From Octopus bimaculoides (Eukaryota), in contig NC_068982.1 of the NCBI RefSeq assembly GCF_001194135.2, positions 14,689,071 to 14,753,070 on the forward strand: a stretch of DNA of 64,000 nucleotides, in the 5' to 3' direction. Under the pieces are notes generated by a model that worked only from the letters and a program-made list of their open reading frames with translations, ran no database searches and was not told the DNA's origin. The position numbers and the translations under genes are program-made. Below, piece after piece: positions 1-12,376 of the stretch. Within the stretch, counting starts at the first letter, position 1, and each line of letters begins with the position of its first letter.

Positions 1-129
1 TTCATTTTGCTAGGGTGGCGGCAGTGGGGGGAGGACTACTGTTTGCTATGAGTAGAGTCAGTACAGAAAAGATGAGTGCTTAACCATCTTGGAGAACTTA
101 GCTCTCCCTGTCTGTGGATATTGCTTGAA

Positions 130-360
130 GGATGCCGGTGCCACCTAACTGTACCCCGTGCCGGTGGCACATAAAAAAGCATCCACTACACTCTTGGAGT
201 GGCTGATGTTAGGAAGAGAGGATATCCAGTTGTAGAAACCTTGCCAGATCAGATTGGAGCCTGATGCAGCCTCCTGGCTTGCCAGTCCCCAGTCAAACTG
301 TCCAACCCATGCCAGCATGGAAAGCAGATGTTAAACGAGGATGATGATGATGATGATGAA
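130..360 (+). mobile_element. 5'-truncated RTE-like LINE 3' end (family C)
   Basis: Ends ...ccaacccatgccagcatggaaagcagatgttaaacgag(gat)n; the same tail recurs many times in the window. Confidence 0.7.
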
Positions 361-846
361 GAATAGGCTCAGCCCAGTTGACTATACTACAAAAACTATA
401 TAACAAGAATATATACATGCATATGTGCATGTGTGTGTGTGTGTGTCTGTGTCTCTGTGTGTGTGCATGTGTATGTATGCACACATACACACACTCATGT
501 GCATGTATACATCTGTTCCTTGTTTACTTTAAGTCTTTTAACTGGCACAAAGCTTCACCAGCAACAGTTCCCTTCTCTCATTTGAGGGATTTTTACGATG
601 CAAGGTACTTGGTGACCCTGCACATGTTGGTACCACATGAAAAGCACCTCATACATTCTGTAAAGTGGTTGTCATTATGAAGGGCATCCATCTGCAGAAA
701 CCATGCCAAAATAGACCCTGGAGCTTGGTACAGCTCCTGGTCTTGTCAGCTCCTGTTAAATGATGATTATGATGATGACGATGATGATCAAGATGATCAT
801 GATGTATGCGTAAGTAGATATATCATCAGCAAGTGAGACAAGCCTA

Positions 847-1090
847 TTGTGTATGTATGTATGTATGTATGTATGTATGTATGTATGTGTGTGTGTGTAT
901 GTATGTGTATGTATGTGTGTGTATGTATGTATGTATGTATGTATGTATGTATGTGTATGTATGTATGTATGTGTATGTGTGTATGTAACTATGTATGTAT
1001 TTATGTATGTATGTATGTATGTGTATGTGTGTGAATGTATGTATGTATGTGTGCGTATGTATCATCATCATCATCATCATCATCATCATT
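847..1090. repeat. Compound microsatellite (TGTA)n/(TG)n followed by (CAT)n
   Basis: Directly visible; explains the MYVC/HTYI-type ORFs. Confidence 0.95.
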
Positions 1091-2924
1091 TAACATCCAC
1101 TTTCCATGCTGGCATATACACTCACACACACACACATATATGTGTTGATAATCCAACAGGTTTCCACCTGCTCACAATTTCTCACATGACTTGTGTCAGT
1201 CTGAGACTATAACAGAAAACTCTTACCAAAGAAACCACACGATGTCATTAAATATAGAAAGCACACAATTACAAAGAAGGGTTCTTCATCACATAGGTAT
1301 CCCTGGGCTTATATTCTGTGTTTTTAAAACAGCACTCCACATCCAAAACCTAAACTCAGTTACTATTCCAGTCTCTATAAATTCTCTATAGATGTGAATC
1401 CTACCATACCTTACCACCCTTCATATTGTTTCTCTCCAGAGACAGGTTTTTGGTGGGGTCTTTTTATTTGATATTTTTGATAAGGTCTTAAGTTCCTTAA
1501 ATATTTTCCCCTCTTCTCTAAATTATTTCCCCATTCCTCTGTTCTATTATTACCATATTTTTGTCTAGCATAGATGTAAAAGTATATAAAAACTGCTCTT
1601 TAATCAATATTCCATCAATATCTTTAGCCATAATTGCATACCTTAGATGTTAAATTTTGTAATAAATTGAAAGATACCTATCAATATTCATCTCAGATAC
1701 CAATTAACATTCAGAACAGGACAACTAATTCATGAAAATGTATACTTCACCTTTATTTTAATACTGAACTATTTTCATAAATGAATAACAATCAAAATGG
1801 TGTCATGGCATAGAAAAGAAATAAACACTTAACAAACTGAATCTGTAAATCTACTGTTGACTTGCATCAAGCACAATCATGGACACGCTTCATATTCTAT
1901 TAATTACAGGATTTCAGTGGCATTGTTCTAGAATTATCTCTTTCAAAGTTACTAATATGAATGATCACGGTTCTTCATGCAGAAACACAATTGTTTCAAT
2001 TCCTACTTAAACCTATTTCTCTCTGCTTGTATTTTTAAACGCCTTCAAAATGACATAAACCCCATAATGTAACTTCTTCCATGTAAATTTGAGACAACCT
2101 TTGACCGAAATAAGAATATATCGTGGCTATTTAGCAAAAAAATTTTCCTGTGTTGTATAACCCATTCTCTGTATCTACTTTGATCATTTACTAGATTATG
2201 TGAAGCTTACCACACTTTTTAGATACACTTTCCTCATTATTTTTCATCCAAACAGCTGTTGCTTGTAACAGATTCATAACCTGTTTCCACTCCACATGCA
2301 ACCTGCTCAGTTTACCTCATTTCCAAGTAAGGAGGTCAAAAATAATATTTTTCTTAGCCTCTTCACCTCACACATTTCTGTTATATATACAAACGTGATA
2401 CCATAAAAAGAAATCAATAAATTCTCTTCCTAGATAAGACAATGTTTACATAACAGTATTTTCTCACAAGACAATCAAATTTTCTCAACTTCTACAAAAA
2501 TAACAAATCAATGAAAACAAGTTTACAAACTTTCTAAATGCAAGCACATTCTTCTGTTTGTCGATAGAGTTATTTAATTTCACAAATGATAAGAAATTGT
2601 TTTTAGTTTGCATTTTCTTTCCAAGTGAGACATGAGAGAATGTTAATAAACAGCTTGACAAATTGTCAATAAACAAATAGTAATTATGTTAAGGATCACA
2701 TTGATATGGAGATAAGGACACCTACGAATAAGACCGACTTTCATCTCACCTGTTCATATATTGGATATTGTATTGGATTTTCTCTCCTTCTTTGATAACA
2801 AAATGAAACAAATGTATCAAAAAAATCTAAAGCACAATGGTTCAATTTTCAAGATTTGTTGCATAAAGCTGACATTTATTTTGATATCATTTATGAGTTT
2901 AATATACACTTATCTCATTAGTCA

Positions 2925-3040
2925 TATTCATATGTATTAAAATATAGTATGTATATATCCCAGTAATTAAATTTATATATATTAAAATATAGTATGTATA
3001 TATCCCATTGATCAAATTCATGTAGATTAAAATATAATAA
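2925..3040. repeat. Tandem repeat, unit of about 45 bp, about 2.5 copies
   Basis: tattaaaatatagtatgtatatatccca repeated, with a third degenerate copy. Confidence 0.8.
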
Positions 3041-3361
3041 AATATAGTTCCATCTGAGAACTTCTACAATGCCACATTTATGTAGCTATACATTATGAAA
3101 TAAAGCAAAATGGTGAGGAGATATAGTCACCTGAGGAGGAACATTCTACACCTGTGATGCAAGAAAACTGACAGCACAGCATCTCACCTATGAACTACAA
3201 GTGTGAAAACAAGTCAAAATAATTGTAGTGGTTTTGAATAAAGAATCTTGTGAATTCCCTTTTCTATTATCTCTGATCTATTTATATTAAAATATATTCT
3301 TTTTTTTTTCCTACTTTTTTCTTTTTCACTTGTGTCAGTCATTTGACTGTGGCCATGCTGG

Positions 3362-4160
3362 AGAATTGCGGAAAACGAACCCCATTCGAAGGCTTCTGAC
3401 ATTGCAGAACAGCTAGAAGTTAGTCCAAGAACGTGTGTTACATATCTGCATAAGCTTGGGTATTATGGACGAGCAGCTAGAAGAAAACCTTTCCTTCAAC
3501 CAATTAATATCATGAAAAGAAAGAAATGGGCTAAGGAGATATCAAAAAATCCAGTTAATTTTGGGATAGAGTGATTTTCTCAGATGAATCCAGGTTTGCA
3601 TTATTTTCAGACAGTGGACGTGTTTGAGTCTGGAGGCTTCCCAATCAAGAATTTGATTTGAAACGACTCCAACCAACTGTGAAATATGGTGGTATCTCTG
3701 TAATTGTATGGCGAGCTGTCACCAGCAATGGTCGTTCTGAGCTGATCGAATGTGTTGGAACTATAAACTCTGAAAAATACATCGAAATACTTAAGCAAGG
3801 ACTACTTCCAATGTATTCATATGATAACATAACGAAAAATGTGTTTTTATTCATGGAAGATGGGGTTCCATGTCACACAGCGAAAAGGAATCAACAATGG
3901 CTGACTGAAAATGGGATCAAAAAGCTTCCTTGGCCGAACCAATCTCCTGACATGAACCCAGCTGAAAATCTTTGGAGCATACTAGATAGAGCTATATGAA
4001 AAACTCAACAGAAACCTAAATGTAAAGATGAAGTGTTTCAATTGTTGCATAAAAAGTGGGCAGAAATTCCACAAGAGACAACCACAAAGCTCATCAGTTC
4101 AATGCCAAAAAGAGTTTCTGAATTAAAAAACTGCAAAGGGAATGTCAACTAAATACTAAA
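3362..4160 (+). pseudogene. Decayed Tc1 transposase (DD34E), 5' part missing
   Basis: Reads ASDIAEQLEVSPRT..GRAARRKPFL..KRKKWAKE /frameshift/ WDRVIFSDESRF..RV*VWR..TVKYGG..FMEDGVPCH..WPNQSPDMNPAENLW..*; 34 residues between second D and E; one frameshift and stop codons. Confidence 0.92.
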
Positions 4161-4317
4161 GTATGTAGTTCTACCTATCAATTACATTTCAATTGTTCGC
4201 TTTGAGTATTAAATAAAAGATTTTGAAAAGTAAAGATGTCTATTTACTTCCTGCATGTCTGTGTGTATATATACATATATACATATATATATAATATATA
4301 TATATTCTTTTATTCTT

Positions 4318-4698
4318 TTATTCTTTTACTTGTTTCAGTCATTTGCCTGCGGCCATGCTGGAGCACCGCCTTTAGTCGAATCAAATCAACCCCAGGACTT
4401 ATTCTTTGTAAGCCTAGTACTTATTCTATCAGTCTCTTTTTGCCGAACCGCTAAGTTTCGGGGACCTAAGCACACCAGCATCGGTTGTCAAGCGATGTTG
4501 GGGGGACAAACACAGATACACAACATATACACACATACATATATATATATACACATATATACGACGGCCTACTTTTAGTTTCCGTCTACCAAATCCACTC
4601 ACAAGGCTTTGGTCGGCCTGAGGCTATAGTAGAAGACACTTGCCCAAGGTGCCACGCAGTGGGACTGAACCCGGAACCATGTGGTTCGTAAGCAAGTT
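4318..4698 (-). mobile_element. tRNA-headed SINE, family A
   Basis: Family motifs (cttgcccaaggtgccacgcagtgggactgaacc; gaccccaggacttattctttgtaagcctagtac) with internal (CA/TA)n. Confidence 0.85.
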
Positions 4699-4720
4699 AN
4701 NNNNNNNNNATATATATATA

Positions 4721-4947
4721 CAGTAATCCTTCGACTATCACGAGTGTTACGTTCCATACCCCCCCCTCCTATGATCAGTGAAAATCTGTGAAGCAGAAAC
4801 AGTACTGTTCTACATATTTTTAAAAAATCATTTCTATAAATTGTATATATTTTATTTTATTATAAACGCACAACAGTACCACGGAGGAATCAACGTAAGC
4901 TTAAATGATAAACCACAATAGGTAAACCGTGATATGCCAAGGGATTA

Positions 4948-4950
<3 letters not shown>
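4721..4950. mobile_element. pogo/Tigger-like MITE
   Basis: Terminal inverted repeats (TIRs) cagtaatccttcgactatcacg / cgtgatatgccaagggattactg, flanked by TA. Confidence 0.75.
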
Positions 4951-4983
<33 letters not shown>

Positions 4984-5249
4984 ATACAAATGATATAAGA
5001 GCATATGCATGTATACATACATATATGTACATACCTACATCTACTTGTATATATAGATGCATATCCAGGTACAGGACGTGAGAAAAAGGAACGGGAACAT
5101 AAAGCACAAAAACAGACTTTGTTGACAGACAACATAACAAATACATAGGAAAACAGATGAGCCACTTATGGAACTTTTCCTTCATCAGCTGCCTCTATTC
5201 TAAACTAGGCGTTTCGAAGATACACTTATATATATATACACACACACAC

Positions 5250-5415
5250 ACAACGGGCTTCTTTCAGTTTCTGTCTACTAAATCCACTCACAAGGCTTTG
5301 GATGGTCTGAGACCATAGTAGAAGACCCTTGCCCAAGGTGCCATACAGTGGGACTGAACCTGGAGCCATGTAGTTGAGAGTCAAGCTTCTTACCACACAA
5401 CCATGCCAATGCCTA
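5250..5415 (-). mobile_element. SINE family A, 5' half
   Basis: ccactcacaaggctttgg...cccttgcccaaggtgcc...gactgaacc motifs. Confidence 0.8.
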
Positions 5416-5713
5416 TGCTGATGATGATGATTCTACACTGCCAGTGTTTAAAAATTGTTATTTCCATACATAACATTGGCTGTATTACTTGAATTTCTTT
5501 CCTTAAACATTTCTCAATAGCAATCAATGTTCCACATTACAAAATTCTGCATTAAAAGATTTTCAGAAACATGGAATCCTATATTGCAGGGATGTCTGCA
5601 TTATTGTTGATGGATCAAAGTGTGTTCCAAACCATTAATAATATTACAAAAATACTGAGGCAAATGGGTTCTAGCAGGATGTTCTCTAGTTTAAGAATAT
5701 ATTTTTCCACATT

Positions 5714-5955
5714 GGCACAGGTATGACTCTGTGGTGAGAAGCTTGCTTCCCAACCACATGGTTCAGTCCCTCTGTGTGGCACCTTGGGTAAGTGTCTTCT
5801 ACTATAGCCTCATACTGACCAAAGCCTTGTGAGTGAGACCAATAAAACAAATACCAAGCTTGAAAGAAAATAAGTACTAAGGTCGATGCGTTCAACTAAA
5901 AATTCTTCAAGGCAGTGCCCCAGCATGGCCACAGTCTAATTAATGAAATAAATAA
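5714..5955 (+). mobile_element. SINE family A, internally deleted
   Basis: ggcacagg..gtggtgagaagcttgcttcccaaccacatgg head and ccagcatggccacagtc tail. Confidence 0.8.
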
Positions 5956-6153
5956 AGTCATCTTTGCCCTATAATTGCTAACAAGTACTAAACAAAAATC
6001 AAAACAAGTTTTGAGAGAAAAACAAGAGCAAAGTCATCAAAACATTGATTAACCTATATTCTAGTTGATTAACAAGATCTAAAGATAAATTAATTAATTG
6101 TTAGCAGTTGTATATATTAGACCTGGCTACTTTATAATTATTTTGTAAACACC

Positions 6154-6560
6154 AGGCACAGGAGTGGCTGTGTGGTAAGTAGTTTGCTTCCTAACCACAT
6201 GGTTCCAGGTTCAGTCCCACTGCGTGACACCTTGGGCAAGTGTCTTCTACTATAGCCTCAGGCCGACCAAAGACTTGTGAGTGGATTTGGTAGGCGGAAA
6301 CTGAAAGAAGCCAGTTGTATATNNNNNNNNNNNNNNNNNNNNNNNNNNNNNNTATATATATATATATATATATATGTTTGTTGTGTGTCAATGTTTGTTC
6401 CCCCAACATCACTTGACAACTGATGCTGGTGTGTTTACATCTCTGTAACTTAGCGATTCAGCAAAAGAGACAGAGAGAATAAGTCCTGGGGTCGATTTAC
6501 CTGACTAAAGGCGGTGCTCCAGTATGACCACAGTCAAATGACTGAAACAAGTAAAAGAAT
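6154..6560 (+). mobile_element. SINE family A, full length (small N gap inside)
   Basis: ggcacaggagtggctgtgtggtaag head through atgactgaaacaagtaaaag tail. Confidence 0.85.
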
Positions 6561-6566
6561 ACCAGA

Positions 6567-6673
6567 CATAGGCATGGCTGTGTGGTTAAGAAGCTTGCTT
6601 TGTCACTACCTGGTTTTGAGTTCAGTCCCTCTGCAGAGCACCTTGGCCAACTGTATATGATAGTCAGTCATAT

Positions 6674-6730
<57 letters not shown>

Positions 6731-6758
6731 TATATATGCATATAGATATAGATGTAGA

Positions 6759-6789
<31 letters not shown>

Positions 6790-6935
6790 GTATATGTTTA
6801 TTCTTTTCTTCTTTTACTTGTTTCAGACATTTGAAAATACTGGGGTTAATTTGTTTGATTAAACCCTTCAAGATGGTGCCCCAGCATGGCCACAATCCAA
6901 TGAATGAAGCAATTAAAAGCAAAAAAGATAAAAGC
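6567..6935 (+). mobile_element. Degenerate SINE family A with expanded (TA)n
   Basis: Head and tail motifs flank the microsatellite. Confidence 0.65.
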
Positions 6936-7669
6936 TTTGAAATTTTTTATGTTGAAACAAAATCTATCTACTCAGTCGAAATTCCAAATAATGTTACAGA
7001 ATATGGAATAATTTCATTCTGTTGCATACAATATTCCAGATAACATTCTTTTTTTGTTTTTATATGTTTAATTAGAGTTGTGTTTTTATATTAATTTTGT
7101 TGGAATACTTGTTTGGCTGCTATCAGCTGAGCCAAACCAAACAGTACATGACATGAATTAAAGCTTGCAATAGCAATTTATTACAATGCAGTTGAAAAGA
7201 AACTCACAGAAAATAAAGCAATTTTCAATAATGCAGATATTTTCTGGCTAAAATAAAATATTTATTTCTTGATACAGGAATGCAGCCAATTTTATTAATA
7301 TGGGTATTTGGGTGATTGATTCAACTTAGCTTCTTGCTGATGTTTATTCTATTAAAATTTTTAAAACAATAAACTACATGAACACACAAACTCAAGGCAG
7401 GGAGGAAACAAAACAAGACATAGTATGGCTTGTTAGCAATTGTTTTATATCTCACCAGTATCATCATGATAATTTAACCCTTTTGTGGTTATATTTTCAA
7501 TGAAATGCACTGTCTGCAGAATTTAGAAGGATTGGCTAAAATAACATTGTTAGTATTAAACTGCTGTTAGAAATATAAAGTTCTCTAGATAAAATTATGA
7601 CGGTTTTAATTCAAATATTCCTTCCTACTATAAGCACAATAGGTAGTGGGTAGCGATTTTCTTCACTAC

Positions 7670-8090
7670 TTCAGGGACTGATGGCCTTGCCTGACACGAG
7701 TTCTGGGCTCAGCTGGCTCCAGCTGACAGTACCTGGTATGAGCCCCTATTCAGGGTTACAGAAAGGAGACAACCTTCAAAGAAATCCGGGAGTGGAGCCC
7801 CGTAGGCGGTTTAGTGTTTGACTCGACACTCTTCTGGCAGCTCCTGCAACCAATCTGGTGCCAAACGTAATGCTCTGCACTTCTTTGGACTATGTCAGCA
7901 AGGTCGAGAGAGGAATCCTGACGATTGGGCTACCCAGGATTTTCTTACATCTAACCCAGGCCTGAGCAAAACTGGAGAGGAAACTGGAGAGGACATGAAA
8001 GGTAAAAACCAGACTGGGTTAGTTTATGTGCAACTCCATTGTCTCCTGAGACAAAAGGATGCCAACAAGAACTATTGGCACAATGCTTGA
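7670..8090 (+). mobile_element. GC-richer block resembling an RTE-type LINE 5' region
   Basis: gaaatccgggagtggagccccgtaggcggtttag...ctggtgccaaacgt resembles RTE 5' UTRs (recognition only). Confidence 0.35.
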
Positions 8091-8091
8091 G

Positions 8092-8750
8092 TGAAATTTT
8101 CACTCCACAAGGGTGAAGTGAAAATTTTAAAAATGTAGAAATTGAAAATGCCTGTGGGCTAAAATGTTGTTATATTTAATTACTAGAAAAATGCAAAACT
8201 TTTGCTAAGATCAATTAAGGGCATTTACTCCCTCAAGCCCCCTAAACTCCAAAAATGGGGGATTTTTTATAAACTTTTAACAATAGTGGAGTTTGGGGGT
8301 TTAAAGGAGTAAATTCCCTTGACTGATTTAAGCAAAACTTCGTCATTTTTCTAGTAATAATATAAAGCAAGATTTTAGGCCTCAGGTATTTTCAATTTCC
8401 ATATTCTTTTTATTTTCAATCCACGCTAGATTACACAATCAATATACCCCCACACACATTATGTGTTTGGGTGGAGTGAAAATAAAAAATTGAAAATGCC
8501 TGAGGCCTAAAATCCTGCTATATATTATTACTAGAAAAATGCTAAATTTATGCTTAGATCAGTCGATGGCATTTACTTCCCAAAGCACTCCAAACTCCGC
8601 TATTTTAAAAATTTACAAAAATCCCCTATTTTCAGAGTTTAGGGGGCTTGAGGGAGTAAATGCCTTTGATTGATCCCAGCAAAAATTTTGCATTTTTCTA
8701 GTAATCAAATATAGCAACATTTTAACCCTCAGGCATTTTAAATTTCCACC
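8092..8750. repeat. Fold-back element: two inverted units of about 280-300 bp, each quasi-palindromic
   Basis: 8138-8399 matches the reverse complement of 8488-8747; each unit starts gaaattgaaaatgcc and ends with a near reverse complement of it. Confidence 0.85.
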
Positions 8751-8764
8751 CTGGTACATACCCC

Positions 8765-9350
8765 AAGCTATAACATATTTTGGACCAGTTCAAATGTTCT
8801 ATAACATGGTTAGTTCCACTTCTAAATGATGAGAATTACTTACAAATCACAAAGGATGTTCTCTACAAGGAATTTCAGAAACCACGTTGTCTGAAAAACT
8901 TGAAAGTATCAAACCTTTTATATATCACCTTACTGGCATTCAGTTAGCAATGCAAGAACTTTTGGAGTTTAACTTAATAGCCAAGACAAGGAATGAAGAG
9001 AACAGAGTATTAGCATACCAACAGAGTTTTGTTTCTGGGTTGACTGTTTAGTATGAAGTCTAATAGATATCTGCAACAAGGTTGTTCATGCAGAGATACC
9101 TCAATGGAAATGGAAGCATCTAACATTGAAACTCTCCTTGAAAACCTGATGAAAAAAATGAGACTGCTGGAAAAACATCTGGAATGAAGCCAAAGAGGTG
9201 GTTTCTGATCTTGAAATGGAAATGAAACTCTCCTATGGGTGTTGAAGCATGAGTTGAAAAAGAAAGCTGCATGGCGATACAATACACATTGCCAACACAT
9301 GATGGTGGAAAAGAGTAACACAGATGATCTGCCAAAAGAAACCTACTCTA
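8765..9350 (+). pseudogene. Decayed hAT-family transposase fragment
   Basis: Pieces ITYFGPVQMFYNMVSS**ELL..GCSLQGISET..ESIKPF.YHLTGIQLAMQELLEFNLIAKTRNE..IDICNKVVHA..ASNIETLLENLMK..WKNIWNEAKEV resemble ZMYM1-like hAT transposases; many stops and frameshifts. Confidence 0.65.
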
Positions 9351-9384
9351 GAAAATGTTTTATGTTCTGATAGATAATATTTTT

Positions 9385-9598
9385 TCTGCTCCAGGCACAA
9401 GGTCCGAAATTTCTGGGGAGGGGGCCAGTCGATTATATCGACCTCAGTATGCAACTGGTACTTAATTTATCGACCCCAAAAGGATGGAAAGCAAAGTCGA
9501 CCTCAGCAGAATTTGAACTCAAAATGTAAAAACAGACGAAATACCGCTAAGCATTTTGCCCGGCATGCTAATGTTTCTGCCACCTCTCTGCCTTCCTT
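9385..9598 (-). mobile_element. tRNA-headed SINE, family B
   Basis: aggcacaagg..ccagtcgatt..gcaactggtacttaatttatcgacccc..aaagtcgacctc..gaatttgaactc..ctaagcattttgcccgg. Confidence 0.85.
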
Positions 9599-9609
9599 GA
9601 ATTTAATAT

Positions 9610-9712
9610 TCTTTTCTATTCCAGGCACAAGGTCCAAAATTTTTGGGGAGGGAGCCAGTCAATTAGATCGACTCCAGTACGCAACTGGTACTTAATTTAT
9701 CGACACGAAAGG
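9610..9712 (-). mobile_element. SINE family B, 3' part (tandem with the previous copy)
   Basis: Same 3' motifs as 9385-9480. Confidence 0.8.
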
Positions 9713-10994
9713 ATGTTTGTTGGAAGGAATGTTTGTTGGAAGGAATCATCTGAGATCATTTGTTGGAAAGAATCATTAGAGATGTAGTTGATTATGTAAG
9801 GTATGACCAGGCCACAGAGAGGCAACAAAAATTTTTTATATTTTATTGTAGAAGATTTTATTAAGAATTAAACAAGAACTGAATATAAGTAATTTTTTGT
9901 AAATTCTTAAACAGCTAAAATGTCAATCAACAATGTATATATAAAAAAAAAATAATATTGATGAGAATATAAATATCGGAGACATTTAGTAATAAGTCTA
10001 GCTAGAATGTCACAATGTGAAGAGATTTTGAAGGAACAAAATTTAGACATTCTGCCCCAAAACAACATTTTTCATAAAAAATAGATTAAAAAGAAGCAGC
10101 ATTAGAATCCATTTTCTACAAAAAATTTCATGAAAGAATTAGAAAATTAGTCTTTTGTTCTGAATCCACTTGGAGATAGATTATTACAAATTATCCATAT
10201 CCTATATTTTCATTTCTTTTTACTAGGAATACTACAATGTACGTTCCATCATCTTCCTATTAGTCAATCAAATTTACATTACTTATGGATTTTCTACATT
10301 TACATGCCATTATTTCTCAGTCAAGCTGGTTTCCTTTCCAGTTGCATATAAAAAAGCCATAAAATACTTAGATTTTTGTATAAATATAAAATATATCCTC
10401 TTCCAAAATATCTAAGTTATAAGCAGTAAAATGGATATTTCATACACAGTTAAATATTTCTAAAAGGAGACAGACTGGCCCAGATATTTTGGTAAAATGA
10501 ACTGTATGTTAAAGTATTAGAACTGATCTGACGCAGAAAGTTTTATTGAAATATGTGGATCCATGTGAGAGTAAAAAATAAAACTTTCAGCTTAAGTTAA
10601 AATCCATAATATCACAATAGAGTATAATAAGTGGCATACAATTTTCAAAGTTCTTTACAACTACCACTGATTCATAATTTTATATGTTACACAAATCCAT
10701 TTTACATTTATTTCTTAATAGGTGAATAAATCATCTATAATACTGGATATCACAATTTGTTTACAAGAGTGTCATTGTTTACAGGTTTACAGGTTTCTAA
10801 CAAGCCAAACACTGGTTTATCAGACTTCCAATGATGACAATGATAAGGGATTATTTGTATAACTTGGGCAGAACAAATATCACACAAGACAGCACATTTT
10901 TGTTGTTGTTTTTTTTCATTTTCTTTCCTACTGCTTACATCTTTTAACAATATACATCCATGAACAATATACACATACATATCATATCATAATA

Positions 10995-11535
10995 ATCTTC
11001 ATTTTAACATCCACTTTTTCATGCTAGCACAGGTCAGATGAAATTTGTTGAGGCAGGTTGGATGCCCTTCCTATCACCAAGCTTCACCTGTTTCCAAACA
11101 AGGTAATATTTCCTCATGACTAAACATGTTCTTGCAGAATACTAGAAATGAATGGCACTTTTTGTATAACAATCATTGTAGAACTACCATGCACAATATC
11201 AAGACAAAGAAACATAGATATTCTCTCTCTCACACACACACACCACCACCACCACCACCATCATCATCTTTTAACATCTGCTTTCCATGCTGGCATCGGT
11301 TGGACAGTTTGACTGAAGACTGGCAAGCCAGGAGGCTGCGCCAGGCTCCAATCTGTTCTAGCAAGGTTTCTTCAGCTGGATGCCCTTCCTAATGCCAACC
11401 ACTCTGAGAGTGTAGTGGATGATTTTTATGTGCCACCAGTACGGGAGCCAGTCAGGCGGCACTAGCATCGACCGTGCTCAAATGGTGCTTTTTATATGCT
11501 ACCGGCACGGGAGCCAGTCAGGCAGCACTGGTATT
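10995..11535 (-). mobile_element. Two RTE-like LINE 3' ends (about 10995-11125 and 11255-11535)
   Basis: (cat)n tttaacatc..ttccatgct..ctggatgcccttcctaatgccaaccac motifs. Confidence 0.7.
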
Positions 11536-12027
11536 TTAGTTTCTGTCTATACTCATACATGTGTGTATGTATATGTATTGTGATAGATTTCCTTACTATT
11601 TACTGTCAACCAAATCCCACTCACAGAACATTTCTAGACTCAATCAAATCCAGATTAACATAATTGTAACACAAAATTTCCTAACTGCACAGCCATTATT
11701 GTGTCTATTTAATAACAATAACTTACCAATTCTTAGTTTCCTGAAATTAATGTAATTAATTAGTTTCTAATATAGTGGTTTCAAATTTTGATACAAGTTC
11801 AGCAATTCTGAGGGTGGGGCTAAGTTCATTACATTGACCTTACTGTTCTACTGGTTTTTATTTTATCAACCCCAAAAGGATTAAAGGCAAAGTTGACCTC
11901 AGTGGAATTTGAACTCAGAAAGGTTACTAAATACATTAAAAAAGTAAAGAAGAATTTTCTGGAATGGAATATGTGTTTTAGTTCTTTGATATCTGTAAAG
12001 CAGGTTACATACAAATTAAGAATATAA

Positions 12028-12376
12028 TTACCTATACCTTAGCGAAGGCAGAGGTATTGTTTTCATTCATGTTTTGTTTGTCAGTCCGTGGACAAGATAT
12101 CTCAAGAACCACTGGATGGATTTGGATGAAATTTTCAGGGATGTTTGGCCTCGTGACTGGCACAAAGTGATTAGATTTTAGGATCAATCTGGTATTGGAC
12201 AAGGATTCTGGATTATTTTTCCGAATTTTTTATTTAGAGCAGTCAGGTTCATTTTTAGTATTCTCGTTTGTGAAAGCAGTTGAGTTTATTTGAGATATTC
12301 TCTTTTTAAAAATCATCTCTGACTAATCATTCAGAGGTTGCCTTGGTGTAGGTTTGCACTCTCTGAGTGCTCTTAT
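12028..12376 (+). mobile_element. Helentron-associated (HINE/DINE-1-like) non-autonomous element
   Basis: 5' ttacctataccttagcgaagg.., (tttg)n-like tract, ggatttggatgaaattttcaggg core, 3' hairpin gcactc-tct-gagtgc. Confidence 0.55.

Noticed and set aside
293-1212. ORFs of the MYVC/HTYI/CVCV type here and throughout the window
   Set aside because: They are translations of (TG)n, (TA)n and (TGTA)n microsatellites or N runs, not genes.
1224-1316. Exon-like segment on the minus strand with an acceptor and a gtaag donor
   Set aside because: Stop codons in the frames tested and no similarity to the expected LRR continuation.
5170-5220. Hammerhead-like words on the minus strand (ttcGAAACgcc ... gcagCTGATGAaggaaaagttcc)
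   Set aside because: Stem I cannot be formed and GAAA does not follow stem II; at most a very decayed or permuted relic.
10750-10980. Cys/His-containing minus-strand ORF (76 aa)
   Set aside because: No recognisable domain or splice support; it includes low-complexity tracts.
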